From: Halogeometricum borinquense DSM 11551 | Lineage (GTDB): Archaea > Halobacteriota > Halobacteria > Halobacteriales > Haloferacaceae | Reading direction: 5' to 3' | Length of the DNA stretch: 32,000 nucleotides | Assembly: GCF_000172995.2 (NCBI RefSeq) | Contig: NC_014729.1 | Span: 1,680,001 to 1,712,000 of the forward strand | Part shown: positions 17,083 through 25,333 of the stretch, in pieces | How positions within the stretch are numbered: the first letter of the stretch is position 1 | How the letters are laid out: each line of letters starts with the position of its first letter | Program-made: the position numbers and the translations under genes | The notes under the pieces: generated by a model | What the model was told of the DNA's origin: nothing | What the model saw: the letters and a program-made list of their open reading frames with translations, nothing else | Databases searched by the model: none

Positions 17083-18000
17083 ATGGTCTCGGACATTTTC
17101 GACTCCGACCGCTGGGAACAAGTGGACGGCGCGGCGGAGTTCGACGACATCACCTACCACCGCGCGGTAGACGTTCCGGCGGTGCGAATCGCCTTTGACC
17201 GACCCGAAAAGCGCAACGCGTTCCGACCGGGAACGGTGGACGAACTGTACGCCGCACTCGATCACGCCCGCAAGCAGGCCGACGTTGGCTGTGTCCTTCT
17301 CACCGGCAACGGCCCCTCCGAAAAAGACGGCGGGTGGGCGTTCTGTGCCGGCGGTGACCAGTCCGTCCGCGGTGGCTCTGGCTACGAATACCGCGACGAC
17401 GACGAAGCCGACGACGCTGATGACCCACTCGTCCGCGAGGCGAAGGCTGGTCGCCTCCACATTCTCGAAGTCCAGCGTCTCATTCGCTTCATGCCGAAAC
17501 CCGTCGTCGCTGTCGTTCCCGGATGGGCCGTCGGCGGCGGCCACTCGCTTCACGTCGTCTGCGATCTGACGCTCGCGTCGGACGAACACGCAAAGTTCCT
17601 CCAGACCGATCCTGATGTGGCCTCCTTCGACGCCGGGTTCGGATCTGCCTACCTCGCAAAACAGGTCGGTCAGAAGAAAGCCCGCGAAGTGTTCTTCCGC
17701 GGGAAAACCTACTCCGCAGAAGAAGCCGTGGATATGGGGATGGCGAACGAGGCGATTCCGCACGAGAAGTTAGAGACGGTTGCCTTAGAGTGGGCCGACG
17801 AGATGACGAACAAGTCGCCGATGGCCATGCGGATGCTCAAGTACGCATTCAACATGACCGACGACGGACTCGTGGGGCAACAGGTGTTCGCCGGCGAGGC
17901 GACGCGTCTCGGTTACATGACCGACGAAGCACAGGAGGGTCGGGACGCGTTCTTAGAAAAGCGCGACCCGAACTTCTCGGACTATCCGTGGCACTACTGA
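17083..18000 (+). CDS. menB: 1,4-dihydroxy-2-naphthoyl-CoA synthase (crotonase superfamily)
   Basis: ITYHRAVDVPAVRIAFDRPEKRNAFRPGTVDEL...VLLTGNG......FCAGGDQ...LHILEVQRLIRFMPKPVVAVVPGWAVGGGHSLHVVCDLTLAS...FLQTDPDVASFDAGFGSAYLA...EGRDAFLEKRDPNFSDYPWHY. This is a typical MenB, including the C-terminal tail. Confidence 0.95.
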   Translation: MVSDIFDSDRWEQVDGAAEFDDITYHRAVDVPAVRIAFDRPEKRNAFRPGTVDELYAALDHARKQADVGCVLLTGNGPSEKDGGWAFCAGGDQSVRGGSGYEYRDDDEADDADDPLVREAKAGRLHILEVQRLIRFMPKPVVAVVPGWAVGGGHSLHVVCDLTLASDEHAKFLQTDPDVASFDAGFGSAYLAKQVGQKKAREVFFRGKTYSAEEAVDMGMANEAIPHEKLETVALEWADEMTNKSPMAMRMLKYAFNMTDDGLVGQQVFAGEATRLGYMTDEAQEGRDAFLEKRDPNFSDYPWHY

Positions 18001-18061
18001 GAGTCGGTTGAGCGCGCGGACGGCACAGCGATGCCACGGACGGCTGAATACTCCGCTGTCA

Positions 18062-20008
18062 TCACGCAAAGAGGACTGTGGGTCGGCGTGCGACCGCATC
18101 AACGGGGGTTTCGTCTTCGATTCCCGGAAGCCGAATCGTTGCGGTCGTCCCGTCACCTTGCTCTGTGGCCGAGATTCGGAATGAGCCACCGTAGCGGGTC
18201 ACTGCCCAGTTGACCAGCCACAGCCCGAGTCCGGAACTGTGTTGGAGTGGCGTTTCACCCCCTTCTGAGACGACTTTTGCCTCCATTTCGTCGATTCCGG
18301 GACCGTTGTCCGAAACGACGATATCAATCCACTCGCCGTTGTTGTTGACTTCGATTACGACGTGAGGATCATTCGAGAGATTGTGTTTGATCGCGTTCTC
18401 GATGAGTTCGGTTACCATCTGTTTGAGTTCCGATCCGGCACAGATGTCCCGATCTGTTTGGATTGCCAACTGAATCGTCGCGTTCGGCCACTGCTCGCGC
18501 TGTTCGTTGACGACGGCGGTGAGAAGCACAGTGGGATCGAGTCGCTCAGGGATTCGTTCGCGGCGAGCATACTGCTCTAGTTCGCGTGCTCGTTCGCTCA
18601 TCGATAACAGGTCCTGTGCGATGCGTTCGACCCGTCGCTCGGCGTCGGCGTTTCGGCTATCCGAGCCGTACAGGTGATTGTGCCATCCCAGAAGGGCGTT
18701 CATATCGTTTCGGAGATTGTGTCGGAGTACTCTGTTGAGAACCTGAATCAACTGCTCAGTTCGCTTTCGCTCGGTGACATCCTGTTGGAATCCCACATAG
18801 TGTGTGATTGCCCCGGTCTTGTCATCGACTGGGGCGAGGTAGATCTGGTTCCAGAACGGGGTTCCATCTCGTCGGTAGTTGATTAGCTCGACGACGACTG
18901 GCTCACCCGCGTCAATAGCAGTCTCAAGCCGCTGAGAACGCTCCGGATCGGTTTGTTCTCCTTGGAGGAAACAGAGGTTCCGCCCGAGCGTCTCCTCGGC
19001 GCTGTAGCCCGTTACGCGTTCGAATCCCTCGTTGACGTAGATGAGTGGTTCGTTCGGTTCCCGAATGTCGGAGATCGAGATGCCAACCTGTGCTTCGTCC
19101 ATCGCCCTGTTTTTGATGTGGAGTTCACGCTGTCGCTCCTTTCGATCCGTGACATCCCGCCCGACACCTTGGACGCCGACAACGTCACCGTCTTCGATGA
19201 CCGGCGTTGCGTTGACTTCGAGCACGACCACGGAACCGGTGTCGTCGAGAAAGTCGAGTTCCAGATTCTGCACGTTCTGGTTATCGAGTACTCGTGCGTA
19301 CGCTTCTGCCGCAACTTCGGCTGCCGCCTCTGTCGTGAAATCAGTGAACTGCTCGCCGGTCAGTTCTGCTGGGGAGTAGCCCAAGATGCGCTTGACGGCC
19401 GAGGACGCGTAAGTGAACTGCCCCGTAAGCCCGACGCGAAAGAGGATGTCGAAGCTCGTCTCGGCGATAGCCTCGAACCGTTGTTTTTCCCGCTTGAGAC
19501 GCTCATTACGCCCGCGAAGTTCCTGTTCGTGGGCCCGGCGTTCGAGTTCTCTGCTGACAAGTTTCCCGAGCAGTTCGAGAAACATCTCCTCTGAATCGGT
19601 AAAGGGAGTGCCCCGTTCGTCCGTATCGGCAAAACAAACCGTTCCGTAGGTCTCGTTCTGAACGACGATTTTGGTCCCGATATACGTCCCGAGGCCGAAC
19701 GTATCGATAGCCTGCTGGCTGATATCCGATGCCGCGGCATCCTGTACGGCGAGTGGACTGTCGAGTTCGACAGTGAGACGACAGTAGGCTGAATCAAGTG
19801 GACAGGTTTCGCCGGGTTGGATCAGTTCGTGACCGCCCGTCGATTGAACAATCTCTTGGATTCCGTCATCGATACGAGTAAGGAATCCGATAGGTAGGTC
19901 GAAGAATTCGGCTCCGAGATCGAGGGCCCGAGCGATCTTTGCTTCGGTATCCCGCTCCGGATCGGCAAAAATGTCGTATAGCCGATGTCGGGACGAGAGG
20001 GGTGTCAT
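18062..20008 (-). CDS. Cytoplasmic sensor histidine kinase: GAF - PAS - LOV-like PAS - HisKA-like H-box - HATPase_c
   Basis: Domains by residue: N-terminal GAF-like region (aa ~20-150), PAS (aa ~175-290), LOV-type PAS (aa ~300-415, IYVNEGFERVTGYSAEETLGRNLCFLQGEQTD...NYRRDGTPFWNQ...HYVGFQQDVTERK), H-box LNRVLRHNLRNDMNAL, and the ATPase N/G boxes ELIENAIKHN...VSDNGPGI...GLGLWLV. Confidence 0.92.
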   Translation of the reverse strand: MTPLSSRHRLYDIFADPERDTEAKIARALDLGAEFFDLPIGFLTRIDDGIQEIVQSTGGHELIQPGETCPLDSAYCRLTVELDSPLAVQDAAASDISQQAIDTFGLGTYIGTKIVVQNETYGTVCFADTDERGTPFTDSEEMFLELLGKLVSRELERRAHEQELRGRNERLKREKQRFEAIAETSFDILFRVGLTGQFTYASSAVKRILGYSPAELTGEQFTDFTTEAAAEVAAEAYARVLDNQNVQNLELDFLDDTGSVVVLEVNATPVIEDGDVVGVQGVGRDVTDRKERQRELHIKNRAMDEAQVGISISDIREPNEPLIYVNEGFERVTGYSAEETLGRNLCFLQGEQTDPERSQRLETAIDAGEPVVVELINYRRDGTPFWNQIYLAPVDDKTGAITHYVGFQQDVTERKRTEQLIQVLNRVLRHNLRNDMNALLGWHNHLYGSDSRNADAERRVERIAQDLLSMSERARELEQYARRERIPERLDPTVLLTAVVNEQREQWPNATIQLAIQTDRDICAGSELKQMVTELIENAIKHNLSNDPHVVIEVNNNGEWIDIVVSDNGPGIDEMEAKVVSEGGETPLQHSSGLGLWLVNWAVTRYGGSFRISATEQGDGTTATIRLPGIEDETPVDAVARRPTVLFA

Positions 20009-20269
20009 ATGGTCCCGTAGTTCGGAGAGTATGTAAAATTGTAGCTTCTTTGAAAACCTAACTCACGATTCAGACTTGGGTTTCGGGAGTCGCCGTTTAG
20101 CATCCCACTCAATAACCTATCATTCCTGTCATTACGGGTGAGTTCGAACGTGTTACGATGGCGCTTACTCGACAGCGATTATTGATGAGATACTGAGCGA
20201 CTCGACTACCAGTCAGCCTCCCGTCGGCAAACCGAACTTTGACGCTCGCGCCGTCCTGAACGTGAGCCA

Positions 20270-21220
20270 ATGAGTACGCAGGACATCTCACGGACGAAAG
20301 CGTGGGTAATGGCCGCGCGCCCGCAGACGCTTCCGGCCGCCGCCGCCCCCATCTTCGTCGGTGTCGGCTTAGCCGTCCACGATGGCGTGTTCGCTGCGCT
20401 TCCGGCGCTTGCGGCGTTCGTCGGCGCGGCCCTTATCCAGATCGGAACGAACTTCGCCAACGACTACTACGACGCTGTACAGGGTGCTGACACGGCAGAC
20501 CGCGAGGGGTTCACCCGCGTCACTGCGGGTGGCCTCATTGCCCCCAAATCGGTCAAGCGGGCGATGTATCTCACTTTCGCCGCCGCTATTCTCCTCGGAA
20601 CGTATCTCGTCTACGTCGGCGGCGTGCCCATTCTCGTCATCGGTCTTCTCTCGGTGGCGTCGGGTATCGCCTACACCGGTGGTCCGTTCCCACTCGGCTA
20701 TCACGGACTCGGCGACCTGTTCGTCTTCATTTTCTTCGGCGTCGTCGCCGTCACTGGCACGTATTACGTCCAAGCGGCGGCCGTCATCGCCGACCCGCTT
20801 TCGGTTGGTATCCCGCCGAACACGCTCCCGTTCGACGCGTTCGTCGCTTCGCTCGCCGTCGCCGCTCTCTCGACAAACATCCTCGTCGTCAACAACGTGC
20901 GCGACAAAGAGGAGGACGAGACAACCGGAAAGCGGACGCTCGCGGTTCGGTTCGGCTACACGTTCTCTCGCGGCGAGTATCTCGCTATGCTCGCTCTCGC
21001 GTACCTCGTACCGGTCTGGTTCGCCACTCGCCAGACGTTCGGTGGCGTCGTCTTCCTCCCGCTCGTGACGCTCCCGTACGCGATTTCGGTTGCTCGAACC
21101 GTCCTCACGAAAACGTCGGGAGAGGCGCTGAACCCGGCACTCGAACGGACCGGTAAACTGCTGGCGATACACTCCCTCCTGTTTGGGATCGGCCTCTCGT
21201 TCGGGGGTCTTCCCCTCTGA
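20270..21220 (+). CDS. menA: 1,4-dihydroxy-2-naphthoate polyprenyltransferase (UbiA family)
   Basis: AWVMAARPQTLPAA...IQIGTNFANDYYDAVQGADT (first Asp-rich motif)...NNVRDKEEDETTGKRTLAV (second motif). It has about 8-9 TM segments. Confidence 0.95.
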   Translation: MSTQDISRTKAWVMAARPQTLPAAAAPIFVGVGLAVHDGVFAALPALAAFVGAALIQIGTNFANDYYDAVQGADTADREGFTRVTAGGLIAPKSVKRAMYLTFAAAILLGTYLVYVGGVPILVIGLLSVASGIAYTGGPFPLGYHGLGDLFVFIFFGVVAVTGTYYVQAAAVIADPLSVGIPPNTLPFDAFVASLAVAALSTNILVVNNVRDKEEDETTGKRTLAVRFGYTFSRGEYLAMLALAYLVPVWFATRQTFGGVVFLPLVTLPYAISVARTVLTKTSGEALNPALERTGKLLAIHSLLFGIGLSFGGLPL

Positions 21221-22251
21221 TGCGCTTCGACCCGTTCTCGCTGTCGCTCACGCGACCGCTCGGAACCGCGAACGGTCCTATCGAGTCACGTGAGGGGTTT
21301 CTCGTCCGTGTCAGCGCCAACGATGACGGGGAACAGGTGACCGGATTGGGCGAAGCGACGCCGCTTCCGGGGTGGACCGAGTCGTTGGCGGACTGTCGGG
21401 CAGCGCTGGAGCGCGGTGACCCGGACGCGACGACGCCCGCCGCGAGACACGGGTACTCACTCGCACGTGCCGATGCTGAGGCGCGTGAGACAGATGTCCG
21501 CCTCTGCGCCCGTCTCGCGGCCGAACACGGTGTCGGACCGAGCGCGGACGCCGTCCCAGTCAACGCCACCGTTGGCGACGACACGCCCACTGAGACGGCC
21601 GATGCGGTCCGAGAGATGGTCGAATCGGGATTCGATGTGGTGAAGATCAAAGTCGGCGCGCGGGAACCGGAGGCCGATAGGGCGCGACTCCGGGCGGCCC
21701 GTGACGCGGCCCCCGACGCCGAACTCCGCGCCGACGCCAACGGCGCGTGGGGCCGCGAAACCGCGGCAGAGATGCTCGATGCGGCCGCCGAACTCGACTA
21801 CGCGTACGTCGAGCAACCGCTTCCGGCCGACGACCTGACTGGACTCGCCGAACTTCGCGGGTGCGGTGTCGGCGTCGCCGTAGACGAGACGTTGGCTTCA
21901 CACGCCGTTGCGGCCGTTCTCGACGCCGACGCCGCAGACGTACTCGTTCTCAAGCCGATGGCGTTGGGCGGACCGGACCGGACGCTGGACGCAGCGCAGA
22001 CGGCCCGAGACGCTGGCGTTGAGGCGATTGTGACGACGACGATAGACGGCGTAGTGGCCCGCCTCGGCGCGCTTCACGTTGCCGCTGCGATTCCTGACGT
22101 GCCCGCCTGTGGCCTCGCGACGGGGTCGCTTCTGGCCGACGATCTGGCTCCCGATCCGGCACCCATCAGGGAAGGGGCAATGTCGGTTCCTGACGGACCG
22201 GGACTGGCGGGTGACGCGTTGCAGGCGCTCTCTCATCCGGGCGACTCCTGA
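21220..22251 (+). CDS. menC: o-succinylbenzoate synthase (enolase superfamily, MR/MLE type)
   Basis: Its ATG overlaps the menA stop (cTGATGc at 21218-21222). Metal and acid-base residues appear in context at VVKIKVG...LRADANGAW...YVEQPL...VAVDETL...VLVLKPMALGG. Confidence 0.85.
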   Translation: MRFDPFSLSLTRPLGTANGPIESREGFLVRVSANDDGEQVTGLGEATPLPGWTESLADCRAALERGDPDATTPAARHGYSLARADAEARETDVRLCARLAAEHGVGPSADAVPVNATVGDDTPTETADAVREMVESGFDVVKIKVGAREPEADRARLRAARDAAPDAELRADANGAWGRETAAEMLDAAAELDYAYVEQPLPADDLTGLAELRGCGVGVAVDETLASHAVAAVLDADAADVLVLKPMALGGPDRTLDAAQTARDAGVEAIVTTTIDGVVARLGALHVAAAIPDVPACGLATGSLLADDLAPDPAPIREGAMSVPDGPGLAGDALQALSHPGDS

Positions 22252-22335
22252 CGCGGTTGGCCAGCGTTGCATGTGACGACGACGGACTGCACAGACGACC
22301 ATGAACTTTTGTATCGTGCATCCGTCGTACCTCGC

Positions 22336-23133
22336 ATGACGGAAGAAACTGACAACGCGGTTATTGTGTCTCAGGAGGGTGGCATCGCTACGCTGACGCT
22401 GAACCGGCCAGACGTGCGAAACGCGCTGACGACGGACGTGACCGCAGGCGTCCGCGATGCTCTCGATTCGCTCGATGACGATACTCGGTGCGTGATCCTC
22501 GAAGGCGCCGGCGGCGCGTTTTGTGCCGGTGGCGACGTGAACGCGATGCTCCAACTCCGTGCGGACGAGTGGACGACCGACGAAGCCGTCCGGCACGTCA
22601 TCAACGACACCGCGGACGTGGTGAAACGTGTCTACGACTGCGAGTACCCGACAGTTGCGAAAATCGACGGACCGGCTGTCGGCGCGGGCGGTGCCCTCGC
22701 GCTCGCTTGCGACGTTCGCGTCTTCTCCGCTGAGGGGCAAATCGGGTTTAACTTCGAGCAACTCGGCCTCGCTATCGATTCGGGCGTTTCGTATCTCCTC
22801 CCCCGCGAAGTCGGTGCGGGTGTGGCGAAGGAACTCGTCTACACCGGTGAGATTCTCGATGCCGAACGGGCGGCGGACGTTGGCCTCGCTAACCGCGTCT
22901 TCGAGGAGGACTTCGAAGCCGAATTCGACGCGTTCGTCGAAACCATCGCGTCCGGGCCGACGGCGGCCCTCCGAACCTCCAAACGACTCCTCCGGCGCGG
23001 CTTCGAAGTCTCGCTCGACACCGCTATCGAACACGAGGCGGCCGCACAGGGTGCGATGTTCGAGACGGACGACCACGAGGAGGGCATCGATGCCTTCCTC
23101 GAACACCGCGATCCCGAGTTCGGCGGTCGGTAG
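22336..23133 (+). CDS. Enoyl-CoA hydratase/isomerase (crotonase) family protein
   Basis: Start moved to ATG 22336 (MTEETDNAVIVSQEGGIATLTLNRPDVRNAL). Oxyanion-hole motifs are FCAGGDV...PTVAKIDGPAVGAGGALALACDVRV. The C-terminal ...EGIDAFLEHRDPEF is typical of the family. Confidence 0.9.
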   Translation: MTEETDNAVIVSQEGGIATLTLNRPDVRNALTTDVTAGVRDALDSLDDDTRCVILEGAGGAFCAGGDVNAMLQLRADEWTTDEAVRHVINDTADVVKRVYDCEYPTVAKIDGPAVGAGGALALACDVRVFSAEGQIGFNFEQLGLAIDSGVSYLLPREVGAGVAKELVYTGEILDAERAADVGLANRVFEEDFEAEFDAFVETIASGPTAALRTSKRLLRRGFEVSLDTAIEHEAAAQGAMFETDDHEEGIDAFLEHRDPEFGGR

Positions 23134-24207
23134 CTACGTCGCCAGCATACCGACGATGACCGCCGTGAGGAGCAGATTGACGAACGAGAGGACAAGTAGA
23201 CCCTTCCATCCGACTTCGATGAGTTGGTCGATTCGGAGTCGCGGCACCGCGGAACGCGCCCACTGCGTGAACAGAAACACCGCCCAAATCTTGACGAGGA
23301 ACCAGACGAAGCCGGGAAGCACCGGTCCGGCCGGGCCACCGAGGAAGACGGTGGCGAGTATCGCACCACCTAAAAAGAGGTGGATGAACTCGCCCATATA
23401 GATGAGCACCCAGTAGACGCTACTGTACTCTGTCTGGTATCCGGCGACGAGTTCGGTCGGCGCTTCGGGCGCGTCGAACGGATTCCGGCCGACCTCTGCG
23501 AGGTTCGCTATCAGGAACAGCACGAAGGCAAAGGGGTTGACGAACGCGTACCACGAGGGTATCGTCACGCCCATCACGGTGAGAAGTGGGTTTGTCTGCG
23601 TGGCGACGATTTCGCTCATCTGGAGGCTTCCAGTGAAAAGCACCACCGACGCGGCGGTGACGACGAGTGGAATCTCGTAGGCGAGGTTGGCCGCGATGGC
23701 GCGCAGGCCGCCGATGAGCGAGAACTTGTTGTTCGAAGCGTATCCGCACATCGTCAGTCCCAGCGTTGCTATCGAGGCGACGGCGAAGGCGTAGGCCAGA
23801 CCCGTCTCGGGGTCGGCCAACTGGAGTTCGATGCCGAAAATCGAACCCATCGGAATGACCGCAAACCCGAGAAGCGCCGAAAACGGGACGAGTATCGGAC
23901 CGATATCGTACGCTGGCCGATCCACGCCGTCGGGCACGATGAGCTCCTTGCTGAGAAGACGAAACACGTCGGTGACAATGACGAGAAGGCCGAACGGCCC
24001 GGTTCGGTTGGGTGCGATGCGGTCGGTGAACGCGGCCGTCACCTTCCGCTTTGCCCAGATGACGACGGCCGCACAGTTCAATGGGACGAGTGCGACGATG
24101 ACAGCGGCCACGAGCGCGGAGACGATTTGTTCTGGCAGAGATGGAGCACCACCGAACAGTACCCGAGCGATTGTTTCGGGGAGAAGCGTTGTCAGCGGAA
24201 CGTGCAT
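23134..24207 (-). CDS. nuoH: Complex I subunit 1 family protein (NuoH/ND1-like), monocistronic context
   Basis: Full-length NuoH-like sequence: RKVTAAFTDRIAPNRTGPFGLL...YASNNKFSLIGGLRAIAANLAYEIPL...NPFDAPEAPTELVAGYQTEYSS...GEFIHLF...RSAVPRLRIDQLIEVGWK. No other nuo genes are adjacent, so the symbol is by homology only. Confidence 0.88.
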   Translation of the reverse strand: MHVPLTTLLPETIARVLFGGAPSLPEQIVSALVAAVIVALVPLNCAAVVIWAKRKVTAAFTDRIAPNRTGPFGLLVIVTDVFRLLSKELIVPDGVDRPAYDIGPILVPFSALLGFAVIPMGSIFGIELQLADPETGLAYAFAVASIATLGLTMCGYASNNKFSLIGGLRAIAANLAYEIPLVVTAASVVLFTGSLQMSEIVATQTNPLLTVMGVTIPSWYAFVNPFAFVLFLIANLAEVGRNPFDAPEAPTELVAGYQTEYSSVYWVLIYMGEFIHLFLGGAILATVFLGGPAGPVLPGFVWFLVKIWAVFLFTQWARSAVPRLRIDQLIEVGWKGLLVLSFVNLLLTAVIVGMLAT

Positions 24208-24260
24208 ATCTGAGAATCGGTCCGCGTTCGGAGGTCGATTCTGCGGGAGATGTTCGGTAT

Positions 24261-24268
24261 TTTATAAG
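24261..24268 (+). promoter_or_regulatory. TATA box of the HTH regulator gene
   Basis: TTTATAAG ends 22 nt before the GTG at 24290, which fits leaderless-type spacing. Confidence 0.5.
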
Positions 24269-24289
24269 TGGCTGGTCGAACCGCGAACT

Positions 24290-24940
24290 GTGAAGTACCT
24301 TCGTCTGACTGTCGAACCGGCGGACCGGGAGATTCATCCGGTTCATACGATCATGACGGAGCGGCCGTTCGTCGAACAAGTTCAGATGCTGCACTGGAAC
24401 CTCTCGGACTTTGAGCTACCCGCCCTCCTGTTTTACGTCGTTGGAGATGCCACGAAAGTCGCGGACGGATTAGACGCGACACCCGAGATTGAGACGTTCG
24501 ACATCACGCGAATCGATGACGGCCGGTTCTACTGTTTCACGCTGGGTGAGACGACAGACATAGAGCGAACACTATACGCGACGTTCACCAGAGACAAACT
24601 CATCGTCCTCCCGCCGCTGACCTACGACGCGTCTGGCGGGGTGAACTTCGAGATAATGGGACGTCCCGAGATGCTTCGCGACACCTTACAGCGCGTGCCC
24701 GACGGAATTGATATCTCGGTCGAACGGGTTGGGGAATACGATACGGCGCGGCAGACAATCGACGCCGCCCTCACGTCCCGCCAACGCGAGGCCGTTCTCG
24801 CCGCGATGTCACTCGGATACTATGAGACGCCACGCAAGGCGACGATCGTGGACGTGGCGGCGGAACTGGACTGTGCGAGAAGTACGGCGGCCGAACATCT
24901 CCAGAAGGCGGAGGCGCGTATCATCCGAACAGTGCTGTGA
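24290..24940 (+). CDS. Bat-like HTH_10 (bacterio-opsin-activator-type) transcription regulator
   Basis: The track ORF (23831..24940) is an artefactual upstream extension antisense to nuoH. I start it at the in-frame GTG 24290, giving MKYLRLTVEPADREIHPVH..., which is a typical N-terminus for this haloarchaeal family. The C-terminal HTH_10 is LTSRQREAVLAAMSLGYYETPRKATIVDVAAELDCARSTAAEHLQKAEARI. Confidence 0.8.
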   Translation: MKYLRLTVEPADREIHPVHTIMTERPFVEQVQMLHWNLSDFELPALLFYVVGDATKVADGLDATPEIETFDITRIDDGRFYCFTLGETTDIERTLYATFTRDKLIVLPPLTYDASGGVNFEIMGRPEMLRDTLQRVPDGIDISVERVGEYDTARQTIDAALTSRQREAVLAAMSLGYYETPRKATIVDVAAELDCARSTAAEHLQKAEARIIRTVL

Positions 24941-24956
24941 ACGGAACGCTCTCTCC

Positions 24957-24972
24957 TAATTAAATTTAATTA
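24957..24972. repeat. 16-bp perfect all-AT palindrome
   Basis: TAATTAAATTTAATTA equals its own reverse complement. It begins 17 nt after the regulator's stop codon. Confidence 0.9.
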
Positions 24973-25088
24973 AATATTATGTGGTGCGCGTCAGTAGCTG
25001 CCGAGGAGCGATGTCCCCGACGATTTTGAGACCTCCCCTAGCGACGTACCGAACCGAGTCGAACGTTCGAGCAGGGGTGCGATAAACA

Positions 25089-25295
25089 ATGGAGACGCAC
25101 CGCCGGTCGATACTCAAGGCCGCCTCGTACCGACTGTTCGCCACGTCTCTCGTGTTCGGTATCGCCTTCGTGTACACCGGCCAGTTCGGATCAGCGGCGA
25201 AAATCGGTATCTCCGCCGCAGTTGCGAAGACGGCACTGTACTACTTCTGGGAACGACTCTGGGACAACATCGGCTGGGGACGAAAAGAGCAGTAA
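25089..25295 (+). CDS. DUF2061 family small membrane protein
   Basis: [31 protein letters not shown]...[19 protein letters not shown] is the characteristic DUF2061 pattern as I remember it. Confidence 0.8.
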   Translation: METHRRSILKAASYRLFATSLVFGIAFVYTGQFGSAAKIGISAAVAKTALYYFWERLWDNIGWGRKEQ

Positions 25296-25333
25296 ACGGT
25301 GACTACTTGACCGCCCTCCGTGTCGAACCCGAC

